A stretch of DNA of 64,000 nt, from positions 17,614,770 through 17,678,769 of the forward strand of contig OZ316893.1 of the NCBI GenBank assembly GCA_973895155.1, given 5' to 3'. A program made the position numbers and the translations under genes. Positions 37,707 to 48,000 of the stretch are shown piece by piece. The stretch's first letter is position 1. Every line of letters starts with the position of its first letter. The DNA comes from Marsupella aquatica. Lineage: Eukaryota > Plantae > Marchantiophyta. The notes under the pieces were generated by a model. The model was not told the DNA's origin, ran no database searches, and saw nothing but the letters and a program-made list of their open reading frames with translations.

Positions 37707-40700
37707 TGTCGCACCCCTACCCTGGGCCTTAAATCCGGGTTAGTGTCGTGATGCGACCTCGACCACCAGTAGGGGTGAGGGTTCGGGCAAGGAGGTGTGC
37801 ACTACCTTCATTAGCCCTAAGTCGGGCTAAACCGCTATACTTACTGGTATAACACTCGCATAATTCGTACTTGACATAGGTATATTTATTTTCCACCGCT
37901 GGAATTTTCCCTCAGTTAGTGACGCGGACTAACTCCCGACTTGGGGCTTTTCAAGCCATCGACGTGACAGGAACTTGTGACATGCAATGAGTGGCAATCC
38001 CTACCATTAGTCCGCACCCGGTACGTCCCTTAAAATGGCGCCTTTGCCCGGACAAAGCATACACACAACACCAGTTACTCTCAGAAACATTAGGGGGAAA
38101 AGACTACATTTACTCAGCGAAGCATCAGTTTACATGGTTGACTCGACTTCAAAGGGGGACAGCAGGCCCAACGGCAGTCGATGCCCAGTCTCTACGAGGC
38201 CCTGCCTCGCACTTGCCCAGCAAGCTCGACTCTGGCTCTCACTCCTTGGTACGCTCTGACCCTACTCAGGCCGGGACTCCCCGTGCCTCGCCTTTCTTCT
38301 GCTGAGATAACTAAGCCTTCTCCCCCTTCCCATCGCGGAAGGGGAAGCCTAAATACTACCATAGCGGAAGAGAACCGGAGGATACTACCTTCCGGGGTAC
38401 TACCTACTGACTAACTAACTGCTGACTACTGGTCGCGCTGCACTAACCGGTTGACCATCGACGACGAGTGTGCCAACCGGAATGGCAGCGGCCAAGCCTA
38501 CTGACAAACTCTAGTCCGTTGATGGACTCAATCCTACGTTGGCTGATCCTAACTGACCGGCCCTAATTCTTCCTACTGCCACTAATCGGCGCCTAATGAC
38601 AATCATTCTGTCGTTACGCCTAACTAAAAGATGCTGCTGACTTAACCGCCTTGCACGGCGCCTGCTTCTACCCTTCGCTAACTACCCCTTACGTGTGTGC
38701 AGTGGTTGGACCAGGGCTGGTCCCCTTGTCGGGGCGAGACCTCGAGCCGCCTTGATCAGAGGTGGGCCCAGGTTTTCCCCGCTAGAGGACGAGCAGGGTG
38801 ACGCAGTCCTGCAAAGCCTTGTTGTCCCGTAATGCTTCCTCCGCCTCATTTGCAGCTTCATCGGCTTCAGTCTGGAGCCGCGCCACCTCCAAGTTGAGCT
38901 GGTCGATGGCATTGCAATGGACCTGGTCCTGCGCTAGCAATTTATCTCGTTTGGCGGAGAGACTAGCCACCTGCTGTGCTGCCTGCAGGAATTGTTTGTT
39001 GAGGTCGGTCAGGCTGGTAACCCGAGCCGAAGATTCTGAGCGTAATTGAAGCACGGTGTCGTCCAGCTTCTTGAGTTGGGCCTGCGCTCCGCTTAACTCC
39101 TGGGTTAGTCCGTCCCTCTGTTCGACAATGCGGACTAAATCCTCACGGCAGGTCGTTGCCTCTTCCTCGAGGTGCTCTACCAGCATCTGGAGACGCCCGA
39201 TCTCATTCCCCTTCGCCATGAGTTCTTCTTCCAAGCGGCTGACGATCCGTGGTTGGTGCTCTAACATGAAGAAGGCTGGCTGAAAGTACGCCGAGACTTG
39301 TTGTCCGATGTATGTCGCCAACTCCCCAGACATAGTCTGGCTAAACTTCTGGACCAGGTCGTAGGCCATGGTCCCCGGGGCTACTTGGTAGTCCTCCATC
39401 CTCTCGGGTACCGGTGGTTCCTTGGCAGGGGCAATGAGCTCCTCCGTAGTCAGCGCTGGGAGGGGAAGGTTTCTTCAGGTGGTGGAGGGATTGGGGGTGG
39501 TTGTACTGCAGGTAGCGGAGGCTCAACGGAAGGAGGCGGTGGAATTTCCACAGGGGGCGGTTGCGGAGTATTAGTCGGGGCTTCCGGCTCGGGGTTTGTC
39601 CGAGGGACAGTAGTCCGCGTAGTCGGGGTTGCCTCCTCTGGGGCGAGGGTGACATTACCCGGGGCTGAGGTGGTCGTATTCTTTCCTCTGGCCTCCCGCC
39701 GTGCCTTGTACCAGGCGAGGATAATGGCGATATGACTTCCCAAGTAAGTCTTCCCTCCAATAGCCATACCACCCTGAGCCCGCTTCAGCTCCCCCGAGAA
39801 TCTTTGGTAGAAGAATTGGGCCCAGTTTCGTCGTTTGTACTGTTCCACCTGCACGATCGTGCAGAGGGAAATCTCAGATCGTGGCTCAATCATGTGTAGG
39901 GTAGTTTGTATGAAGTTAAGCCGCTCCATACAGGTTAAGTTGGTGCACGCCCCCTGCTTGTATCCGTTGTCCGTCTTACCCTCGGGTTTGAAGTGCCGCG
40001 GCGTATACTCCTTATCCTGAATTTGGATTTCCACCGGCACCGGCCCGGTTGGTAGGCCAAAAATTTGCGTTAACCGATGCTCCGTGAGTGATAAGGTCTG
40101 CTCCGAAACCTTGGTGGTCGACGCATCAGTGTCAAAATTGGAGATGAACTCACAAATCCCCTTCGGCCCGGTGGCGCACGGCTTCCATAGTAAGTGGGCG
40201 AACCGCTCCAACTGATGCTCCTTGAGATAGTTTGCATGTTCGAGTTTTTTGATCGCGATCCAGACTACCTCGGGGACGCGGATTACCTGTAATAAGTTGG
40301 ACTTCGGGTTATCCGGGGGCCGTCGGGTCTGGTTGGTCGGGGGGTTTGCCAGGGCAGGTGCAGGCGCGGCGTCGGTCCGTGTTGATTCGGGGGCCATCAT
40401 AGTCCTTGACCGCTTACGAGGACACTGTTCGAGTTGCAGACTAGCTCACTCGGAACCCGAAGAACACTCTGCGTTGATTACTGGACGAACTTGGGACTGG
40501 TTCGGCGGTACTCCGGTGGTCATCGGTTGAGGCGCTGGGGTAGCCATATCCCAGTTGAAGGCGTTGGAGCTTTCCCCGAGGAACGTGAGATTACGCGCCG
40601 CTTCCCGTTGTCTGCTGATGTCTTCTTGGCGCTTTTCGGCTGTGATCTGCTGGTCTAGGTACCCCAGAATCTTGTCGAACTTCGCTTGAGTAAGCCGCTG

Positions 40701-41544
40701 GTTGCCCTTCAGCTTAAAGAACTTAGCTGGAACCTCAAGAATCGCCTCTGCTACCGATCTAAGCCCTTCCTCGCTGAGATATAGTTCGGTGATGTAGTCT
40801 CGCAGCTCGTTATAGCTAGAATCCCTGGTGATGGCTGTCCTTTCGCAATTAACCAGTGCTACCTTGGTTACCAGCTTCGCGTACCTTCGTTCGTAAGCGG
40901 CTTTCTCGGGGCAAGAGTACCAGTAAGTCTCGGAGAACTTAGCACCTACCTCGCCAAACAAGGTCCAAAATCCCAAGGCTGTGAGGGTCATACTAACCTC
41001 GTAGTCCGGTTTTTTTTGCGTCCACGTTCCCACCTGGCTGGTCCTTTTTCGCGGAGGCCTCGCTCGTCCTGACTAAATCTCGCCACATTCCGCTCTTCTC
41101 CCTCGATAATTTCCTCGTAAAGGTCGACTGGATTCAATCAAAAAGGCGAGCGGATGGCAGCGTCCGTGAATTCCAAAAAGGTAAACGTGATCGAATGGCC
41201 CGCAGTGCCATCGGCTCCTCTCTTATGGGGGTGCCAGGACGAGCCCGAGCGTGAGAAGGTCAAGTCGTTTGGTCATTGATAACGAGCTGAAGTCGGCGTC
41301 TCGGTCCAAGCGTGATTCTTCTAACTGATTTTTACTCCGCTGCCGCCACCGTACCTCGGTCGTGCGTAATAATCCCTTTCCTGAACTCGTAATTATTCGG
41401 TTATCTTAACCTACTCCTAATCTAATCATAATGGCAACTTGGCGGCTATACGTGCTATTCTACGCTATGGCTACGGTCCTTATGACCGTATAAGTCCTAA
41501 TCTTTGACCTGGGTTTGGTCAAGTGACACGTTGCCCGTGTCACA
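37707..41544 (-). repeat. 5' LTR of element C (3838 bp) containing a frameshifted copy of the accessory gene
   Basis: Direct repeat of 27792-31628. ORF fragments at 40446-41033, 39450-40400 and 38782-39399. Confidence 0.92.
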
Positions 41545-41629
41545 CCGAGTTACATAGCTAACCCGAGTTCGGCTAGCCTAGCTATCCTATCTAACCTTAG
41601 AAGAGTTAACCCGTGGCTTCGGGCTAAGC

Positions 41630-42085
41630 CGCTATCCGTGTCCGTTGTCCGCTATCCGTGTCCGTTGTCCGTGTCAGTTGTCCGTGTCAGTTGTCCGTGT
41701 CCGTTGTCCGTGTTCGTTGTCCGTGTTCGTTGTCCGTGTTTGTTATCCGTGTCCGCTATTTGTGCCTACTGTCTACTATCCGTGTCCGTTGTCCGTGTCC
41801 GTTGTCCGCTATCCATTGTCCGTGTCCGTTGTCCGCTATCCATTGTCCGTGTCCGTTGTCCCAGGTTTAGTCTAACCCCAATCTAAATCCGCTAGCCACT
41901 AGCCACTATCCGGTATCTGTATCCGCTAACCTCTATTCGCTATCCGCTATCCGTGTCCGCTAACCTCTATCCGTATCCGCTATCCATGTCCGCTAACCTC
42001 TATCCGTATCTGCTATCCGTGTCCGCTAACCTCTATCCGTATCCGCTATCCGTGTCCCCTAACCTCTATCCGTATCCGCTATCCC
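41630..42085. repeat. Short-unit tandem arrays (CCGTGT/CCGTTGT and CCGCTAACCTCTATCCGTAT...) inside LTR A
   Basis: Directly visible periodic 6-7 bp and ~32 bp units. Confidence 0.9.
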
Positions 42086-42409
42086 GGGTTACACACTAAC
42101 CCGTCACACTAATAAGATCATATCTTTCCTAATACACCTCTATTTTGAGAGTGTTTTATATCAATTTTACTCGCCTTGACCAGATCTTTCTAATGCTCTT
42201 TACAAATCTGGATTTGGTGACATATTGAAAGAGATATGGTCGCCGACCACCCGCGACATAACTTTTATTTCCCTACTCTTAACGCCATGATTGCCCTTAT
42301 TCTTGCCATCTTGCTAATTGTTATGCAATATCAATAGCTACTCCTTGCATACAGCAGCCTAGTTAATCAGATTAAAGAATAAGGACCATGTCATCGGTGT
42401 CACACATGG

Positions 42410-43359
42410 TGGATAAGCTGCTACATATCACAGCATGTTGAGAGATGTGTATTGGCCCAACATGAAGCAATCGGTTCTTCGCCACGTGCAAAGTTGTTAC
42501 TCATGCCAAAAGAACCGAACGGTCTATAGGGCAAAAAGAGGACTTCTGCAACCCTTACCGGTAGTCAGGGCTCCATGGGAGTCCATCTCCATGGACTTCA
42601 TTGTGGGGTTACCTGAGTCCCACGGCAGTAACTCCATCTTAACAATTGTGGATCATTTTTCCAAGATGGCGTATTTCTTGCTGACTACAAAAATGGTTTT
42701 GGCCCAAGAGGTTGTCAGTCTAGTTTTTGACAATGTCTTCCAAAAATGGGGATTGCCGTTGCATATCCTATCCGACCGCGATACCAAGTTCACGGGCCAT
42801 TTCTGGAAGGTGTTGTTCCGGCTGGAACAGACCTTACGAGAGGATCAATGTATCATCATGAGACAGATGGCCAAATGGAACAAGTGAATGGTATCGTGGA
42901 AGACTACTTGCGTCACTTTGTCACGGCCAATCAAAGGGATTGGACAAAGCACTTAACAATGGCCGAGTTTAGGTATAACTTGACCAAGCATTCGGCAACA
43001 AGGTTTGCGCCGTTTGTGTTGGCCACAAAAAGAAGACGCCAAGGGCGCCCTCCTGGTTCATAAATCCGGAAGCTTGTCGAACGGAAAGTAAGGTTCCTTC
43101 TGCGGACCATTTTATTTGAGAGCGGCGCCTAGTTGTGGAAGCGGCTACCAAGGGTATGACCCTTGCCCAAAGTTGGTACAAGGAGCAAGGGGATAAACAT
43201 CAACGTCAAGTAAGCTTTGAAATTGGGGAGAGCATCTGGTTGCAGTTGAGGCCTGAGCAATACCACAGGAACATAAGTAGGAAGCTGGCTCCCAGATATG
43301 CAGGGCCCTATTGCATCATACGATGGGCCCACAAGGATAATCCAATTTTGGTGGTGTAG
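42410..43359 (+). pseudogene. pol: Continuation of chromovirus pol: integrase
   Basis: YWPNMKQSV...CYSCQKN, PWESISMDFIVGLP, ILSDRDTKFTGHFW, KLAPRYAGPY. Joins 23610-23677 across the CATGG TSD. Confidence 0.9.
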
Positions 43360-43448
43360 GAGACACCAAAGGAAATGGGCGAGTAGGGGAGGACCCAGCA
43401 AGGGTGCCTCAACTCCATTGAGGCCCGGTAGACCATTTTGAATGTCAT

Positions 43449-44812
43449 TGTAACATGTTAAGTAGTTTTTTTATTGACTTTAAAAGTGGCTTTGTAATAA
43501 GAGTTGGACTAGTATGAAGTCCGACACTTGGTGGATAGAGTTGGGAGATGAGAATTAGTTATAGTACTGCTGGTGAGTTGGGTTACATTCATTAAGTTTA
43601 GTTTACAAGCGGCTATAACCTCAGTTGTATCACCAACGGTCTGCCAGGGTCATTTCTAGCGGAAGTACTCTTTGAGTAAGCCTAGAACTGTGGAAATGGC
43701 AACCTGTACTTCAGTGGTAACCCGAGTTTCAGTGGCCAAACCCGAGACTCAGCGGTAACCCAAAATTCAGCGGCGTACGGACACACAGTTGTAGGCCTTT
43801 TCCGTGAGAAATGTTATTTTATGGAGAGTTGTAACTTGGGTGATTGTAAGGGTTACCAAGGGGCTACCCTGATTACTCATGTCACCTAGAGGTTGCTGCT
43901 GTTCATGTCCTGTGTAAAAACCAGAATACTGGTGGCAGTTGAGTTGACCTGCGGTAAAAGTAGAAACTTAACCCTGGTTAACTTTAGCGGAAAGTAGTTA
44001 TACTTGGGTTAAGGTAACCACTAACCTAAGTTAGCACCCTAGGCGTGGTTTGGTTTGGCTTGGGTTGGTTTGGAGCCCTGGGGTGTTGAATAAAGGGGAG
44101 AAGCAGGGAGCTGCCTCCTCACTTGTTCACTTGCATATTCTCTTGAAGGATGAAGGCTTGGGGGCTGAGATCTCACTTAGAGAGAGTCAGCATTGGCTTG
44201 AGGCACTAGAGAGAGTGGACAGGGGACTAGTCCACTAGGTAGATAGCAAGGAGAGGGTAGGGGGAAGTGTTGTGATCTAATCTTGTACCATTCCTTGTAG
44301 TAAAGGCTCATGCGGAAGCCTCAGTCTTGAAGTGTCTATCCAGTGATTATTTGAATCCAGTGAGTGTGTATGCAAGCTTTGGTGTGACTCAACCCAAGGG
44401 GGGTGAGACTTGAAGCCAGGGAATAACGGAGGAACCAAGCACTTACCTTGTTGAGATAGGATGTGACGGTCCTGAAGTAAGCAGAGGAAACTCTTGCAGT
44501 GGCAGCCACATTGGGAGTTTGTGGGGACATCTTGTGGGTCTGCACTTACCGTGTTGTGATTGGAAGTGGGAGATGTGAGTATTTTCCAGTGGGAAAATAG
44601 TGGAGTGATAGTCACCCCTCAAGGTTATCTTTCCAACGGTGGAAATAAAACTACCTGGTTGGGTGTGTGGGTGAGTAAGAAGTAAATTTGAGAGTAGAAG
44701 ACCTCCTGTCCTGCTATTTGCAGGTCCTAGGAACCCGGACAACGATAAGAAGGGGCATAAGTGGATGAATTAGCTCTAGTGGAGAGTGAAGCCCCATTGT
44801 AAGGTGTTGACA
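43449..44812 (+). mobile_element. Probable LTR (TGTAACA...TGTTGACA), parent element unclear
   Basis: Inverted TG..CA termini, non-coding LTR-like composition; abuts the stop codon of the MTase-like gene. No TSD or PPT identified. Confidence 0.45.
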
Positions 44813-44815
44813 AGG

Positions 44816-45063
44816 CTATTCCTTTTCCTCCTCCGAGTCCCCTGTACCTTGTTCCTCTCCACCTTCACTGGACTCATCATCAGAATCAAAATTGAGAACC
44901 GATTGAAGTTTATCTCGCTTCTCTTTGTCGGTAGCAAGAACAAGTGGAGGTAAAACCGCAATCTCCTTGGGAGACAACAAATCCATGAAAACCTTTGAAG
45001 CAGTTTCAATAAATTCTTTTCTATGTTCTATCCCACGTACAAACCGCCCAGAGAAGTCCCCTG
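44816..45063 (-). pseudogene. C-terminal remnant of ParB/MTase-like gene copy 2, displaced by element D
   Basis: AGDFSGRFVRGIEHRKEFIETASKVFMDLLSPKE...RDKLQSVLNFDSDDESS matches copy 1 at 870-1070. Confidence 0.85.
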
Positions 45064-48000
45064 TGTGATGCCTAGACAGGAATCACTCGGCCGGTTAAGT
45101 GGGTAAAGCAGGAAGGCACCCTAGGAACACCTTAGTATAGTGACAAAACAAGGAAAATATAAACAATTAGGGGCAACCATGGAACCCGGGCAGAGGCCGG
45201 AGGTAAGGCTGAGGGTGAAAACCCGATTAGGGTTAGGGCGCGTTAAGCGTCGGCGGCTAGGAAGGATCAACGGGAAGAAAGACCGGCAGAGGAGAGGGGT
45301 AAGAAGCGCTTGCAGGAGATGGTGGCTCATTTGCGAGCACGAACTAGGCAGACGACTACGGGAGGCCAACTACTGTCAGCTGCTTAGGCAAGCACTCGGG
45401 GAGAGAGTAGATACCGACGATCAACCTAAGGAGGGTATGAGCAACGTCAATCAAGCGGCACATTTCTGGGGATGCCTGTTCGAACGGGCAACTGAGTACA
45501 TCAAGACTTACGAGGACGAGGAGTCAGAAAGGGCAGCTCGAGAACGGCAGGAGCTCGCTCGATTGTGGGAGCTGCAGAAGACGGCTTTCTTAGGAGGCGA
45601 ACTCATCAAGGACGAGTTCCTGTGGACGCCTACTTCCAATCAACTCGACGATCTTCTGTTTTGCAAAGACAGCATCGTCGGCATCCGAGAGGCCATCAAG
45701 AACTGCAACGACATACACTGGGAATTAAAGGGTAGCACGGAAAGGTGGACCCGGGCAACGGTGCTAGGAGAAACCTCCACGGCAGCAGAGATGAAGAGGA
45801 AGGGAGCCGTCAACGATGAAGCCACCCCGGCAAAAAGAACGAGGTCGGCGGCACCAAAGAAGCCAGCCGAGCAGCAGAGCAGGAGGCAGGGAGAAGCCGA
45901 AGAGGAGGAGGTCGATCCCATCAAGGCCATTCCAACCAGGGATGACACCTGGAAAGGCTGGGCGGCAACCCTACCGGTGGAGGTGCAACTACATTTTGCA
46001 CGGGAGGAGGATGCATGCTTTACGGCCATGCAGACCAAGAAGTACCAAGGCTTCATGGCCGGATCCGGCTTGGAGGCCTTTGTAAGATTACCATGGCTGA
46101 AGCCGGAGGTACCGGAGTCAGACCTATTAGAATTCGTGGGGTCATGGGAACCCGAGACCAATTGCACGAGGATATATGGGAAGGATTTCTATCTTACTCC
46201 CAAGGTGATTGCCGAAGTGTTTGGCTTGCCGATGGGCAATAAGACCAAAGTTGATACCAGGAAGACCTTGCCTGACAAGGAGTTCCGGTCGTTCCCCGGG
46301 CCATCAACGAAGAATGGCTTCTTCCGGAACACCTGCACCAACCCGCACATAGGAGAGATGATCGACTTCTTGTGGGTGACCATGCATTGTAACTTGCCGA
46401 GGGCAGAGATCGGCAAGGCACAGGTCTATCTGGCAGAAAGGCCAGACCCAAGCCGGGACTACAACGGGTACCTCCTCAACCAGTTGAAGAAGATCTTAAA
46501 GGAGGAGCAGCAGGTAATCGGCATGGGGAGCGTGTCGCGGCTTGGCTATCACATGCCGCTGTTGTGCCGGTATGCCAGAGGTCAGACTTTTGCCCCGGTA
46601 CTTCCCCTGCAGGTAAGGGCACCCGAGGAAGCTCCAACGCCGAGGCCGTTGGCTGAGAAGCCTCAACCACCTGTTAGTCCTACGATCGAGCAGGTGTTTA
46701 GGCCCAGGAAGGAAGACTTGCCGATGCAGCAACCAGGCATGCAGAGTCTGCTGAAACTACTGGAGAAAGAAAAGAGATCGGCATCGGCAAAAACAACGGC
46801 AACGGCAACAATGCAGGACACTACTACAGAGGTAGGCCTACACCGGCTCACAAGAGAAAACCCCTTTGTTGGAGACAAGGAGAGAATCAGGCCGGAATCC
46901 AAGCCAGGTGTTCGAATGTACGTGGGAACCTCAAGCTCCGAATCTGAGGCAGAATTGCCTGAAGCTCCTACCAACGAAGAGGAGAGGGAGAAGTCGGACG
47001 TCCAAGAGGTAGAGGAGGCAGTGGAGGACTGCAGCCATGATAATTCCGGCTATGGGTCGGACCATCACGTTCCAGGAGTAAGGACCTGTGGCCGATTTGT
47101 CCCCACACTTCCAAGGGTAGTGCGAGGGGACCCCAACCAGCAGAGTAGCCCTGAGTCTCCCCCACCAGATGTTGCTCCCCCGAGCTTCGACGGCATAAAA
47201 CAGACGGTGCAGGAATTTCAGGAGCGAATCAAGCAGGAGGAAGAGGCCGCCCTGGCTAAGGAAAAGGATTTACCAGGAGGAGATTGGCCGGAGGACATCA
47301 GGCGGCTAGCCGAAAAAGGAAGCAAACCTCTAGCCACGATTGAAGAGATCCGCAGGACGGCTTGGGAGCAGAGGCCACGATGGGCGATGCCGATCACTTC
47401 TACTTACTCCACCTACGCTAAGAATAGAGCCATGGAGTATGGTGAGATGTGTGGGGAACTTGCGCTCGGCATCTTTGGAGAGGAGTTGGAGGTAGGACCC
47501 TTTTTCCATAGGGAGCAGTTGGAGAAGCACCAATTAGAAGAAGCGGTGGCTTTAGAGAGAAGCAAGAAGGACGAGGTCATTCGGCGGCTTAGGAGGATGG
47601 AAGCCGAGATTGAAGATCTAAGGGCGGCCAAGAAAGCCCAAGATGAACTGCGGATTAAACGACATGAGCTGAACATCATGCAGGGGCAGTTGGACGCCGC
47701 GCAGGCTGATAATCAGAATATCAAGGATAAACTGACTCAGACGCAGGAAGAGTTGGCCGACACGATCAAAGAAAGGGAAAAGTGGAAGCAAGAGCTGAAG
47801 AATACAGAGGAGGCCCACATAACAGCCAACAGCCGGGCCATGGCAGAGACCCAAAGAAAGGAATGGGCGTTGAAAGGGGAGCTCGAGAAAATCCGCGGAG
47901 CCCTTGAGCAGAAGGAGGTCGAGTTAGGGAAATCCTATCAAGGGATTATGGCGCTGCAGCAGGAGCTTGCGTCCCTGACGGCCAGCTTCAAGGCCGACCT

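Larger units (their letters stand above)
27792..41544 (-). mobile_element. Ty3/gypsy non-chromovirus element 'C' (Phygy/Athila/Tat-related) with 3.8 kb gene-bearing LTRs
   Basis: LTRs at 37707-41544 and 27792-31628; PBS TGGCGCTAGATGGAGGGGG (37689-37671); PPT AAGTGGGGAGC next to 31628. Order gag-PR-RT-RH-INT, with no chromodomain. Confidence 0.93.
23678..42404 (-). mobile_element. Solo LTR 'A' (23678-25428 plus 41550-42404), inserted in the chromovirus integrase and split by a 16.1 kb nested insertion
   Basis: TG..CA ends; TSD CATGG (23673-23677 and 42405-42409), interrupting the integrase HD.PWGGH|GG motif. Both parts match LTR B (25429-27766) in reverse complement. Confidence 0.88.

Noticed and set aside
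41638-41886. Val/Arg/Cys/Pro-rich ORFs
   Set aside because: Translations of the tandem repeat in all three frames; no coding signal.
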